Positions 1 through 16,885 are shown, numbered from the stretch's first letter. The stretch is 64,000 nt of DNA from Octopus vulgaris (GCA_951406725.2 OX597839.1:12772001-12836000); one strand, 5' to 3'. Notes: a model not told the origin generated them from the letters alone. Program-made: numbers and translations.

Positions 1-14
1 ACACATGGCAGTAA

Positions 15-147
15 CTTCCGCCTACCGAATTCAATCACAAAGCTTCGGTCGACTCGGGGCTATAGTAGAAGACACCTACCCAAAGTGGAACTGAACCTGA
101 AACCATGTATCTAGGAAGCAAGCTCCCTAACCATACAGCCATGCCAT
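15..147 (-). mobile_element. tRNA-derived SINE, 5' part (partial)
   Basis: Reverse complement of the SINE head seen intact at 31495-31890. Confidence 0.7.
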
Positions 148-177
148 ATATATATATATATTCATTTATATTTATAT

Positions 178-500
178 ACAGTGGCTGTGTGGTAAGTAGC
201 TTGCTTGCCAACCACATGGTTCTGGAAAATTGTCTTCTACTATAGCCTTGGGCTGACCAAAGCCTTGTGAGTGAATTTGATAGACGGAAACTGAAAAGAA
301 ACCTGTCATATATATGTATGTATATATGTGTATGTTTGTGTGTCTGTGTTTGTCACCCCAACATTGCTTGGCAACTGATGCTGGTGTTTTTACGTCCCCG
401 TAACTTAGCGGTTCGGCAAAAAGAGACAGATAGAATAAGTACTAGGCTTACAAAGAATAAGTCCTGGTGTCAATTTGCTCGACTAAAGGCAGTGCTTCAG
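178..500 (+). mobile_element. tRNA-derived SINE with CR1-like tail (internally deleted)
   Basis: gtggctgtgtggtaagtagcttgc head, internal TG/TA microsatellite and gatagaataagtactaggcttacaaagaataagtcctgg body, as in the other copies. Confidence 0.75.
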
Positions 501-1221
501 CATAGCCTTCCTAATGTCAACCATTCTGTGAGTATAGTGTGTGCTTTTTACGTGCCACCGGCATGAACGCCAGTCAAGGTGGTGCTGGCATCAGCCACGT
601 TCGGATGGTGTATTTTATGTGCCACCGGCACAGGTGTCATAACTACAATTTCCATTTGATTTTTATTTTGATGTTGATGTACTTGACTCAGTAGGTCTCC
701 TCAAGCACAGTAGGTTGCCCTATGATCCAAGGTAAACACAGCAGGCCGTCCTGCGAGCCATGCAGCAGGTTGCCCTACAATCCAAGGTAAGCACAGCAGG
801 CTGTCCTGCAAGCCATACACTCTCTTCATTTGTTGGGTCTTCACATATATTTATATACATTTATATTTATATATATATATTCTTTTACGCTTTTATTTGT
901 TTAGTATGGGAGTGCTGGTGCTGTATAAAAAGCACAGGTGATGGTGCCACATAAAAAGCACCCAGCACACTCTGTGGAGTGGTTGATGTTAAGAAGGGTA
1001 TCTATCCACAGAAAACAAAAGCAATGCAATGTAGTTATGATTGAATCTGCCATGTTAACATGTACCTCCTTGCAGCAATGTGAATGTGCATTTAATCAAG
1101 ATATCCTTGGTTTGAAGAGTAGCCTGTGGTATACACCACACCTGAATATTTACTTCTGAGGCTCTGCTCACTATTTAACATATGTAACTCTTGAATATAT
1201 AACTCTTGTATATGTAACTCT

Positions 1222-1480
1222 TCATCATCATCGTTTAATGTCCGTTTTCTGTGCTAGCACAGGTTGGATGGTTCAACCAGGGTCTGGGAAGCCAGGAGGC
1301 TGCACCAGGCTCCAGTCTGATCTGGCAGTGTTTCTACAGCTGGATGCCCTTACTAACGCCAACCACCCTGTGAGTGTAGTGGGTGCTTTTTACATGCTAC
1401 CGGCACAGGTGCCAGGGGGGGCTGGCAGCAGTCACGATCGGTTGCTGCTTTTTACGTGCCACCGGCACAGAAGCCAGTCA
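1222..1480 (-). mobile_element. RTE-LINE 3' tail fragment with (GAT)n tail
   Basis: Matches the 3' terminus of the RTE at 19764-20000. Similar pieces lie at about 505-660, 1966-2260, 43330-43600 and 63585-64000. Confidence 0.7.
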
Positions 1481-2359
1481 AGCTTATAGTATTTATGACC
1501 ACTGGGAAAATGTTCCTTAATGAACATGTGGCTTAGCTACATTGGTGGAAACTTCTAGGTTAAATGGAAAATTGAAACAGATTATCTTTCTCTTTCTGGT
1601 CATCTTTGAGTGTGAGGGTAGAGGTTGGGAGTCTTCCATATATGCTAACTTTTCAGAAAATTCACTCCTCACCAATGGATCATTGTAGTAGAGAGCATCC
1701 CTGTTGAACATGAGCTTATAAGCTGAAAACTTGAATGGTCTTCTGCTAACACCTGAAACTAGGTTTCTAATTATAGCAGGTGAGTGTTTCAAACTTCTGT
1801 GGATGTACACAGTTACCTTGTTGGGCTTCCTGTGAAGCAGTACTTACCTGTTTTCAGGTCTAGGGATCATTTCAAGGAAGTTGACCACGGTCAAGTCGGT
1901 GGTAACTGTTGGGGACTGATTGAATTTCTTGAATATTTTTCTTAGGTATGTGTGTGTATGTGTATCATCATCCTCACCACGATCATCATCGTCATTATCA
2001 TCATCATCATTTAATGTCCACTTTCCATGCTAATATGGGTTGGACAGTTTGACAGGAGTTGAGAAGCCAGAGGACTGCACTAGGTTTTACTGTTTGCTAT
2101 GGTTTGGCTTTTACAGCTGGATGCCCTTCCTAATACCAACCAGCACTGGCGGGGTCAGCCTCAGCATGGTTTTTACAGGTGGATGCCCTTCCAAATGCCA
2201 ACCACTTTATAGTGTGAACTGGATGCTTTTTGTGTGGCACCCAGCACTGGTGGGGTCACCAAGCACCTTAACAAACAAAGATCCTTTGAGAGCAGATTGT
2301 TGGAGGAGGTAACCTTGTGTCAGGTGGTGAAAAGTTAGTGTGACAGAGGGACAGAAACA

Positions 2360-3185
2360 GGAGGATTTCATAGATTTATTTGATAAAGATAAGCATCCCC
2401 TGACAAATGAGGATTTGATAGAGCTTCACGAGCAGAAAAATAAAGAAGAGGAAGTCGAACATGAGCCACATCACTTTACCATTAAGAAAATGCAGCAAGC
2501 ATTTGCATATATCAGGAAAGGTCTTTCTATGTTCGAGGATATGGATCCAAATGCTCAACACTTTTCCGAGATTATGGGTGCTTTTGCTCCTTATAATGTA
2601 ATCTTTGAGGAAAAGAAGAAGACAGTTCAAGGAACTCTCAACTGGTTTTTTAAGCATATCGAACAACAAGAACAGCCAGAGTCAGCTATTGATGTTGACG
2701 ATCCACAGCCATCTACATCCGCAATGTAAACCACCAAATCGTATATACGTATTGGTAAATTTTAAATAATTTAGTTCTTTTTACTATTGCAAAATAATAA
2801 TAATTACTGAATTTGATTTTTAAGCTTAAAAAAGGCTTTATTTTACCATGTCTTATTCCAAACTGCATTCATAAATTATGTGTTCGCAATGTTTGGTAAA
2901 CATTGCCAAATTGTATTCATAAATTTAAATTACTTTTTTTTTTTACTGTACTGTATTAAAAAATAAAAATTATTTGTTTGTAAGTTTAAAATAGGTTTTT
3001 ATTAAACATATATTATTGAAAATGCATTCATATATAAAGTACAAAACTGGAAATGGTTATTGTCGGTTTAGCCTACAGACAAGTAAATTGGCCTAGCCTA
3101 GAGACAAGTTAATTCAACTTAAGATGTTTTTTTACTTAAGTCGTATCTCCTGGAGCCAATTACCAATGTAGAATGAGGTATATCT
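2360..3185 (+). mobile_element. Tigger/pogo DNA transposon 3' remnant (transposase C-terminus plus terminal repeat)
   Basis: ORF 2340-2729 (PLTNEDLIEL...FEDMDPN...EEKKKTVQGTLNWFFK...QPSTS) resembles the Tigger/TIGD1 C-terminus. A Tigger-like end (...gaggtatatcta) lies near 3185. Confidence 0.7.
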
Positions 3186-3204
3186 ATATTTATATATATA
3201 AATA

Positions 3205-3458
3205 TATATATAATTAGGGTTCAGCTCACTGCTTCACTGCATACCAAAATTAGAAAAAGGAGTTAAAAATTCCTTTTTTAAATCCTTTTTCTAATTTCGG
3301 TATGTGGTAAAGCAGTTAGGTGACCCCTAATTATAATTATGTGGATAATTTTACCTATAATGGTTATTTTAACGTACCGATCTACTTGGTAAAATTGTTA
3401 ATTAATTGATTAATTAATTAATTAATTTAATTAATAAATTTTACCCTTCTATTATTAA
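3205..3458 (+). mobile_element. Fold-back fragment of a Penelope-like non-autonomous element in (TA)n
   Basis: Imperfect inverted repeat (about 3208-3265 vs 3280-3335) followed by the ctacttggt...accctt terminal hairpin shared with the ribozyme-bearing elements; TA-flanked. Confidence 0.55.
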
Positions 3459-3480
3459 TATATATATATATATATATATA

Positions 3481-4127
3481 AGTAAATAAATGGAGTTGAA
3501 CGAAGATGTCATTAAAATTCTTTTACTTTCGACATATGTTTCGAAGCCAACATTGGTTTTATTCCAGAGGAATAAACGGTGTAAAATGCAATCTTCTCAT
3601 CAGGAAAGAAAGAGAGTCTATCTCAACAACAAGACATTATAACAATTACGATGACTGCCTAAATGATAAATAGAACGTTATTAAGTATTTAAAAAAACCA
3701 TTTAGTAGATTTGACGTCAGATACTAGGAAGAGAAGGGTAAAAGAAATAATAAGTAGAGAACAAATAAAGAGGGATACGTTGGTTGAAAAAATGTTCAAA
3801 GGCTTAGAAGTAGATTTCTCTATTGAAGTAAAGTGCACGTTAAACTAACTGTTCAAACTATAAAGACTGGCGAAATCACTTATATGAGTTAAAGGTATGT
3901 TTCTGCCAGTGTTTACATTTGTAAGATCGCTCTATAAAATCAATGTTGTCTTCGAAACATATGTCGAAAGTAAAAGAATTTTAATAACATCTTCGTTCAA
4001 CTCTATTTATTTACTTATACTACACAAATTACTGCACATTAACCTGGAGTTTCTACCTTTGAATAGGTCGCTTCATCCGTGTTACTTGTATGTTAACGGT
4101 AAACAAAGGATAATTCATTCATCCATT

Positions 4128-4130
<3 letters not shown>
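3481..4130 (-). mobile_element. Hammerhead-bearing Penelope-like/retrozyme element, family A, with partial inverted copy
   Basis: TA-flanked. 3481-3557 recurs inverted at about 3941-4015. Full hammerhead on the minus strand. Confidence 0.75.
3526..3608 (-). ncRNA. Type I hammerhead ribozyme (family A)
   Basis: Minus strand reads ctttc-CTGATGA-gaag...cttc-GAAAC-atat-GTC-gaaag; all three stems pair. Predicted cleavage after the C at 3531. Confidence 0.85.
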
Positions 4131-4171
<41 letters not shown>

Positions 4172-4700
4172 TGTACATATATATGTATGTATATATACAC
4201 ATACACGTATATGAGTGCATGCACGTGTATGTGTGTGGGTATGTGTAGCATTCCAATACGGCATGTGTTTGTTTTCAATCAGGAAATTCGTTGCAAACGA
4301 TAAACTGAGTTTTGGCAGATTGAATAATGACATCAGTAAAATTCTGGCCAACAAAATTGTATACAAACATCCCCACCAGTTATTCAAGAGATAACATCAT
4401 CGCAGACCTGTCCAATAGACTTGTTCTGAAGTATTTATTAAAAGAAACTTACAGAAGTCAACAGACAGCAAAAAAGAAAAAAGACGGGAGCAAACAACAA
4501 GTAGAATTACAAAGAGGAAAGGTGGGGAGAGAGAAAGAGACAACTTCGGGTTTCATTCATTATCAGCTGATGAGGTAAACCAGATGCACTAAATATGAAA
4601 TATCTGCAACACGAAATGATCTAGCTTCTACTAGCAGAAGGCTAAATTATGTTAGATAACACTCGTATTTATCCACTCATCCCATTTCTCTGTCTTTGCT

Positions 4701-4742
<42 letters not shown>

Positions 4743-4789
4743 CCTCTCTCTCTCTCTAGATATCTCTCTCAGCTACACACATCCATAGA

Positions 4790-5075
4790 AGCTGTTTAAC
4801 CAAAGCCTTGTGAGTGGATTTAGTAGAAGGAAACTGAAGGAAGTCTGTTGTGTATATATTTATATATGTATGTATATGTTTGTGTATCTGTGTTTGTCCC
4901 CCCCAACATCGCTTGACAACCAATGCTGGTGTGTTTACATCCCTGTAACTTAGCAGTACAGCAAAAGATACCGATAGAATAAGTACTGGGCTTGCAAAGT
5001 CCTGGGGTTGATTTGCTTGACTAAAGGTGGTGTTCCAGCATGGCCACAATCAAATAACTGAAACAAATAAAAGAA
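4790..5075 (+). mobile_element. SINE, 5'-truncated
   Basis: Body and tail (ccagcatggccacaatcaaataactgaaacaaataaaag) match the SINE family. Confidence 0.7.
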
Positions 5076-5093
5076 TACATATATGATATGATA

Positions 5094-5218
<125 letters not shown>

Positions 5219-5383
5219 AAATCAAAATTGCGATAAAATAAAAATAATTATAATCGCTGGTATTACTAACACAAGCCATATATTTTTCATATATCAGTAC
5301 ATTAAGGCGAAATATGTGCTAGGAATACAGAAGCTTGATAAATTAAGTGAAATGAAGATAAAAACATTTACTAAACCGGTAAT

Positions 5384-5455
5384 TCTCAGACTGCAGTTTC
5401 TTTCTTTTCAGCAATAAAGATAATTTATTTGCTCAGGGAGAATTCTTCAGTGAGA
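5384..5455 (-). ncRNA. Type I hammerhead ribozyme (family B, copy 1)
   Basis: Minus strand reads tctca-CTGAAGA-attct...agaaa-GAAAC-tgca-GTC-tgaga; the base of stem II is imperfect. Confidence 0.75.
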
Positions 5456-5780
5456 CCCTGTTTTTCTGGGATCCTAACTCACTAGAAGCATGTGCTTCTA
5501 ATGATTTACTCTCCCTAACTAATCATATCACTGCGCAGACTCCGAACGTCCCGACAGAACTAGGGAATTCTGGTATATCGCCTGGCACTCATAATTTATC
5601 GAGAAATATGTAAACAAATCAAAATTGCGATAAAATAAAAATAATTATAATCGCTGGTATTACTAACACAAGCCATATATTTTTCATATATCAGTACATT
5701 AAGGCGAAATATGTGCTAGGAATACAGAAGCTTGATAAATTAAGTGAAATGAAGATAAAAACATTTACTAAACCGGTAAT

Positions 5781-5852
5781 TCTCAGACTGCAGTTTCTTT
5801 CTTTTCAGCAATAAAGATAATTTATTTGCTCAGGGAGAATTCTTCAGTGAGA
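5781..5852 (-). ncRNA. Type I hammerhead ribozyme (family B, copy 2)
   Basis: Same motif as 5384-5455, shifted by one 397-bp unit. Confidence 0.75.
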
Positions 5853-6203
5853 CCCTGTTTTTCTGGGATCCTAACTCACTAGAAGCATGTGCTTCTAATG
5901 ATTTACTCTCCCTAACTAATCATATCACTGCGCAGACTCCGAACGTCCCGACAGAACTAGGGAATTCTGGTATATCGCCTGGCACTCATAATTTATCGAG
6001 AAATATGTAAACAAATCAAAATTGCGATAAAATAAAAATAATTATAATCGCTGGTATTACTAACACAAGCCATATATTTTTCATATATCAGTACATTAAG
6101 GCGAAATATGTGCTAGGAATACAGAAGCTTGATAAATTAAGTGAAATGAAGATAAAAACATTTACTAAACCGGTAAGTATATATATATGTATATATATAT
6201 ATA

Positions 6204-8135
6204 TCATCATCATCATCATCATCATCATTTAGCGTCCGTTTTCCATGCTAGCATGGGTTGGACGGTTCAACTGGGGTCTGGGGAGCCCGAAGGCTGCACC
6301 AGGCCAGTCAGATCTGGCAGTGTTTCTACAGCTGGATGCCCTTCCTAACGCCAACCACTCCGAGAGTGTAGTGGGTGATTTTATGTGCCACCGACACAGG
6401 TGCCAGACGAGGCTGGCGAACGGCCACGCTCGGATGGTGTTTATGTGCCACCGACACAGGTGCCAGACGAGGCTGGCAGACGGCCACGCTCGGATGGTGT
6501 TTTTATGTGCCACCGACACAGGTGCCAGATGAGGCTGGCAGACGCCCACGCTCGGATGGTGTTTTTATGTGCCACCGACACAGGTGCCAGATGAGGCTGG
6601 CGGACGGCCACGATCGGATGGTGTTTGTTACGTCCCCAAAGCACGGAGGCCAGTCTATGCGGTACTGGCTACGGCCACGTTCGGATGATTTTCTTGTGTG
6701 CCACCGGCACTGGTACCACAAAGATACAAATTCCATTTATGTTCATCTATTTTGATTTGTTTTGATTTGATTTGATTTTCACTTGCCTCAACAGGTCTTC
6801 ACAAGTGTCACAAGAAGGAAGGTATGCACAGGTGGACTGTCTACGTCGCCGGGTCTCCGGGTGGTGTCTTTATGTGCCACCGACACAGGTGCCAGATGTG
6901 TGGAACCACAAAGATACAAATTCCATTGATGTTCATCTATTTTGATTTGGTTTGATTTTCACTTGCCTCAACAGGTCTTCACAAGTGTCACGCGTGTCAC
7001 ACACTTGCCTCAACAGGTCTCCACAAGTGTCACACACTTGCCTCTGCCTCAACAGGTCTTCACAAAGTGTCACACACTTGCCTCTTCCTCAACAGGTCTT
7101 CACAAGTGTCATAAGAGGGAAGGTATGCACAGGTGGACTGACTACGTCGCCGGGTCTTTGGATGGTGTTTTTATGTGCCACCGACACAGGTGCCAGGTGA
7201 GGCTGGCGAACGGCCACGATCAGATGGTGTTTGTTGTGCCCACAGCACGGAGGCCAGTCGATGCGGTACCAGCTACGGCCACGTTCGGATGGTTTTCTTG
7301 TGTGCCACCGGTACTGGAACCACAAAGATACAAATTCCATTGATATTCATCTATTTTGATTTGGTTTGATTTGATTTTCACTTGCCTCAACAGGTCTTCA
7401 CAAGGGTCACACACTTGCCTCAACAGGTCTCCACAAGTGTCACACACTTGCCTCTGCCTCAACAGGTCTTCACAAGTGTCACACACTTGCCTCAACAGGT
7501 CTTCACAAGTGTCATAAGAGGGAAGGTATGCACAGGTGGACTGACTACGTCGCCGGGTCTTCGGATGGTGTCTTTATGTGCCACCGGCACAGGTGCCAGA
7601 TGAAGCTGGCGAACGGCCACGATCGGATGGTGTTTGTTGTGCCCACAGCACGGAGGCCAGTCGATGCGGTACTGGTTACGGCCACGTTTGGGTGGTTTTC
7701 TTGTGTGCCACCGGCACTGGTACCACAAAGAATACAATTCCACTGATGTTCATCTATTTTGATTTGTTTTGATTTGATTTGATTTTCACTTGCCTCAACA
7801 GGTCTTCATAAGTGTCACAAGAAGGAAGGTATGCACAGGACTGACTACGTCCCAGGTCGGGGCAGCGGGTTATGGCCTGACTAGTCTTGCCGGGTCTTCT
7901 CATGCACAGCATACTTCCATAGGTCTCGGTCTCTAGACATTTCCTTAGTGAGACCTAAAGTTCGAAGGTCGTGCTTCACCACCTCGTCCCAGGTTTTCCT
8001 GGGTCTACCTCTTCCACAGGTTCCCTCCACTGCTAGGGTGTAGCACTTTTGCACACAACTATCTTCAGCCTTTCTTGTCACATGACCATACCAGCGCAGC
8101 CGTCTCTCTTGCACGCCACAACTGACGCTTCTTAG
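6204..8135 (-). mobile_element. 5'-truncated RTE LINE with tandemly expanded 3' UTR
   Basis: ORF end 7881-8114 (QERRLRWYGHV...GRGRPRKTWDEVVKHDL) matches the RTE C-terminus. The 3' UTR has about 60-bp and larger repeats and a (GAT)n tail near 6204-6228. Confidence 0.85.
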
Positions 8136-8145
8136 GTTCTAGCTT

Positions 8146-9555
<1,410 letters not shown>

Positions 9556-11322
9556 TACTCTTTTACTCTTTTACTTGTTTCAGCCATCCGGCTGAGGCCA
9601 TGCTGGCGCACCGCCCTTGTTGCTACCCTCTCTAAGTCCAGTTTGCCGTGGCTGGCCACTGATCTAAGAGAGAGTTTGTAGCTGCTGCCCTTAGGTTACC
9701 TTCGTACCTTGCAGTGGGTTCATCTGGGATCCCGGAAAGCAGCTTGTCTAGATGTTTTTTGAAAATGTCCACATCCGCATCATGTAGATCTCTTAGTTTT
9801 CTTGGCAGTTTGTTGAAAAGCTGAGGGCCCCTGAACCCCAGGCTATTACAGTATCTGCTCCTTACCCTGGATGTGGAAGACGGGACCTTTGGCACCACAC
9901 AGTGACGTCCTGTACGGGGATTGGAACAGCTCTCAATTCCAAAATTTGGTGCTAGTCCCTCCAGGATTTTCCATATGTATATCACTGCATATCTCTCTCG
10001 TCTTCGTTCCAAGGAGTACAAATTGAGTTCCCTAAGCCTCTCCCAATAGTTCTTTTCTTTCATGGTGGAAATCCTCTTGGTGAAATGTCTTTGGATTGTC
10101 TCAAGCTCTGTGGTTAGTGTGACACTATGCGGTGACCACAGTTGGGAGCAGTAGTCCAGGCGGCTTAGGACAAATGTCCTCCATAGTGTCAACATGGTCT
10201 CGCAGTCTCTTGTCCGGAATGTCCTCAGGATCCAGCCAGTGAGTCGTCTGCACATTGTCGCCACCTTCGCGATGTGTGAAGAAAAAGATGCATCGTCACT
10301 CATGTCTATCCCCAGGTCCCGTATTGATTTCGATACTGGGATTTCGATCCCTCCTGGACCAGTATAGTTGTGTTGTAATGTATATGTGTTTACAGCTTGA
10401 TATTGTAAGGCTTGAAATTTACCAGCATTAAATTGCATGTTGTTGTCTTCAGCCCATTTGTATATGGCATCCAGATCTTGTTGTAAAAGGTCAGCATCAG
10501 CTGGGTTTTTGATTGCCTGTGCTACCTTTGTGTCATCAGCATAGCTAGTGAGGGATGTTGTTTGTGCTACCAAGGGCATGTCAGAGAGCGCCACCAAAAA
10601 CAGCAAGGGTCCCAAGACTGTGCCCTGTGGCACCCCGCTTGCTATTGGTGTCTTTCCCGAGAGGGCTCCATTGGCTGCAACCATCTGGCTTCTGTCCTTC
10701 AGGAAGTCATGTATCCACTCACCTACTTTTCCTGTTATGCCGAGTCTGAGTAATTTGTGACATATCACTCCGTGGTCGACTTTGTCAAAGGCCTTCGCAA
10801 AGTCGAGATATACCACATCCACCTGTGAGCGATCCAGTAGTTGTTTCAGTACCCAGTCGTAGTGTTGTAACAGCTGCGTAAGGCAGCTTCTTCCTGGGCG
10901 AAAGCCATGCTGTGTGTCAGTGAGACGGTTAGTTTCTTCGAGGAACGTGATCAGTTTTTTTCTGACGATTCGTTCCATGACCTTACTTATGTGTGACGTC
11001 AGGGAGACTGGCCTGTAGTTTTTGGCCTCTGCTCTACTCCCTCCTTTGTGGATAGGGCATATGGTGCCTTCTTTTAGCGCCCTGGGCAGTTTACCGTTAG
11101 CCAAGGAACCACTGAAGAGCTTCTTCAGTGGTCCCGCTAGGGCATGCCTGCATGTTTTTAGGAGGACTGCTGGGAATCCATCTGGTCCAGCAGCTGAGTT
11201 TATTCTCATTTCTTCTATGGCAGATATTACATCCCTCTCTGTTATGTCTATGTGGTCGATGGTTGTTGTTTGGTTTTGGAGTGTTGTGGCATCAAAGAAA
11301 ACTTCTGGGTTTGTGATTTGCA
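9556..11322 (-). mobile_element. 5'-truncated CR1-clade LINE with open RT domain
   Basis: Open frame 11320->9632 with [42 protein letters not shown] and YSLERRRER; (GTAAAAGA)n tail. Confidence 0.92.
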
Positions 11323-13010
<1,688 letters not shown>

Positions 13011-13059
13011 ATATACATATATATATATGTATATATATATATGTATATACATATACATA

Positions 13060-13115
<56 letters not shown>

Positions 13116-13175
13116 TATACATATATATATACATATATATACATATATATATACATATATATACATATATATACA

Positions 13176-13204
<29 letters not shown>

Positions 13205-13206
<2 letters not shown>

Positions 13207-16200
13207 GCGCGCCACAAACAGCCAACATGATGTTGTCGAAAGAGCAGCTGCTGAGCAACAATCTTTTTTGTGCATGGCACAAAAGATTGTACAGCAGCTG
13301 ACCTGGCTTCATCAAACCCAAGCCCGCAGTTGGGACTACCCACTATATACCAGACCACCACAGCAAACAGACACAGGATGGACACCGCCGGCAACAATGT
13401 ACACCTCACCTCGATGCTCCTACTGAACATCAGAGGACTGCAAACACTCAGTAACAGGACAAAGATCCCGTTCCTGAGAGACTTTGTTGCATGCAATCAA
13501 GCCTTATGCATAGCACTTACAGAAACGCACCTGAAACCGGACATAGCAGATGCGGAGTTACACATACCACAGTATGCTGTACTACGGACCGACAGGAAAG
13601 AAAGGAGTCATGGAGGTGTTGCTATGTACATCCGTGAGGACCTCACACCCCAGGTCCTCTTGTCATACTCAAACTCGGTGTGTGACACACTAATTGTACA
13701 TATTAGGCAACTTGATGTAGTTGTGTGTGCTACATATCGCCCTCCAGATGCCCCAAGCCATGTGGGCAAGTTTGAAGACTGCCTTATAAAAATAGAAGAA
13801 GTTCTAACCACATTAGAACAACACATAGGTGTGCTTCTTATGGGAGACTTCAATCTGCCCAATGTCAGATGGCCCGAGGGCCTTTCTCTCCCAGGAATGA
13901 CAAGATGTGAACGAGGACAGGCGAGGTCCCTCCTGAACCTCATCAACACCCTGTACATGGAGCAGGTAATACTCCAACCAACCAGGGCAGGTAACACACT
14001 GGATCTCTGCTTCACAAATGACATGGATCTCATCCATAATGTGAAAGTGACACCGACACTACTCTCGAATCACAACATGATAGAGCTGACCATGTACGGG
14101 CCAAAAGAGAGCACGGACATGCAGCCTACAAGAAACCCTCAAAATCTTTCCAGCTTGAACTACCATAAGGCAAACTGGAAACAAATTGAGAAAGAGATCC
14201 TCAAACAAAACTGGCCTAAATGTCTCTCCTCGCCAGACATCGACGTGAAACTTCAACAATTCATGTCTGTAATGCAAGCCATATGCTACAAATGTGTCCC
14301 AGAGAGAAAGGCCACTGTACACAAGAACAAAATCCCCAGAGAGAGGAAAATTTTAATGAGACGGCGTACGAAATTTTCAAATCGCCTAAACAAACAGATT
14401 GAAAGCAGTGAAAAGTCCTGCCTAAAAATAAAACTGTTGGAAATCGAAAAATGTCTGCAACTCTCCCATGAAAAAGAAAGAGCAGACAAAGAAGCCTGGG
14501 CTATAGAAAATATAAAATCTAACCCCAGAGCTTTCTACAGGTATGCCAAAGAAACAGCTACAGTGCACTGTAGAATAGGGCCACTCCTCGAAAAGGATGG
14601 CACACTTACAGGAAAACCAATGAGGGTAAGTGAAATACTGAATGAGCAATTCAAGAGTGTTTTCACTCCGCCCCTCGGGCATCTCCAAATCACCAATCCA
14701 ACTGACTTTTTTACCACTGCAGATGTAAAATCAGAGGCGGCGACGATAGATTACATCGATATAAAGGAAGACGATGTAACCAAGGCTATAGATGAAATGA
14801 AAAACAGACTCAGCTACTGGCCCCGATGGATTCCCGGCAATCCTCCTAAAAGCATGTAAGAGAGTCCTAGCAAGACCACTGCAGTTCCTCTTTCAGAGCT
14901 TCCTTGCAGCTGGCAAACTTCCAGGAAAACTGAAGGAAGGTAAAATATGTCCCATTCATAAAGGAGGTAGCAGAGCGGAAGCCAAGAACTATAGACCTAT
15001 CTCTCTGACCTCACACATCAGCAAGGTCATGGAACGAATAGTCAGAAGGAAGCTGATCACCTTCCTTGAAGAGAATGACTTGCTGCCCGACACCCAACAT
15101 GGTTTCCGACCAGGGAGAAGCTGTTTAACTCAGCTCCTACAACACTATGACTGGGTGCTGAAACGGCTGCTCAACCACTCAAATGTGGAAGTGATATATC
15201 TCGACTTTGCAAAGGCCTTTGATAAAGTCGATCATGGAATGATATGTCACAAACTGCGTGATCTCAACATAGTTGGAAAACTGGGAGAATGGCTTCATGA
15301 ATTTCTGAAGGATAGAAGTCAGGTGGTAGTAGCCAATGGGGCCACCTCCATTAACACACAAATAGTGAGCGGTGTTCCGCAGGGCACTGTTCTGGGACCA
15401 CTACTGTTCATAATGGCCCTCTCAGACATGCCCTCAGCCACACAGAGAGCCACGATCACAAGTTATGCAGATACAAAAGTTTCACAGGCAATACAGAACC
15501 CTGAGGACACTAAACACCTGCAATGTGAGCTGGACGAAATATACAAGTGGGCTGAAAAGAATAGCATGCAGTTCAATGCTGGAAAGTTTCAAGCTTTATA
15601 CTATCAGCATGCAAAACTGAATGCAATACCCAATGAATACACTGGACCCGGAGGGATTGCAATCCCAGAGGCACAATCAGTGCGTGACCTGGGTATTCAC
15701 ATGAGTGATGACGCGACCTTTCATGTACATGTTGCTAAACTGACAATGAAATGTAGACGGCTGGCTGGATGGATTCTTAGAACCTTTAGAACAAGAGAAC
15801 AAGAAACCATGATGGTCCTCTGGAAGACACTTGTCCTAAGCCACTTTGACTATTGCTCTCAGCTATGGTCACCATCCAGTGTCAAGTTAATCACAGAACT
15901 TGAGGCGATCCAACGAAGCTACACAAAGAAGATAGCCTCTATGCAGAATGTAAGCTACTGGGAAAGACTCAAGAGATTAAAATTATATTCCCTGGAGCGT
16001 AGGCGGGAAAGATATGCCATAATATACATCTGGAAGATCCTGGAGGGAAGTGTCCTGAACTTTGGCATCGAGAGTTACGCAAATGCCAGAACTGGGCGCC
16101 ACTGCGTGGTGCCTAGGACTCCAAACCTGCCATCAAGATGTAGGACAAGATACTGTGATAGCCTGGGCTTCCGAGGCCCACAGCTCTTCAATATCCTCCC

Positions 16201-16460
16201 GAAGAACCTGAGAGACCTGCATGGGGTGGATACAGATGTCTTTAAAATGAAGCTGGATCTCTTCCTGTCAGGTGTCCCAGATGAACCAACTTCACGGCAG
16301 GAGGGGCAGATGAGGGCAGCTGCATCAAACTCTCTCATGCACCAAATAGCAGTTGCTAGAAAGCCTCCATGAAGTGAAACCAAGTAGCAACACCAAATGG
16401 CGGTGCCCCAGCATGGCCACAGCTCATAAGCTGGAACTAGAATCAATCAATCAATCAATC
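13205..16460 (+). mobile_element. CR1-clade LINE ORF2 (APE endonuclease + RT), disrupted
   Basis: EN motifs LNIRGL, LTETHL, YRPP, GDFN, LDLCF in ORF 13270-14859. Frameshift in an A-run near 14800. RT in ORF 15029-16372 has YADT instead of YADDT. (ATCA)n tail. Confidence 0.92.
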
Positions 16461-16588
16461 ATATATATATACATATATATATATATACACATATATATAT
16501 ATATACATATATATATACATATATATATACATATATACATACATATATACATATATATATATATACATATATACATATATATATATAT

Positions 16589-16661
<73 letters not shown>

Positions 16662-16688
16662 TATATACATATATACATATATATATAC

Positions 16689-16757
<69 letters not shown>

Positions 16758-16764
16758 TATATAC

Positions 16765-16795
<31 letters not shown>

Positions 16796-16820
16796 CATAT
16801 ATACATATATATATATATAC

Positions 16821-16885
<65 letters not shown>

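Noticed and set aside
4560-4630. CTGATGA...GAAA hammerhead-like motif after a possible decayed Penelope-like ORF end
   Set aside because: Stems I and III do not pair convincingly; at best a dead remnant.
6380-7800. Regular repeats superficially like a CRISPR array, with overlapping ORFs
   Set aside because: No unique spacers or cas genes; this is an RTE 3' UTR in eukaryotic DNA.
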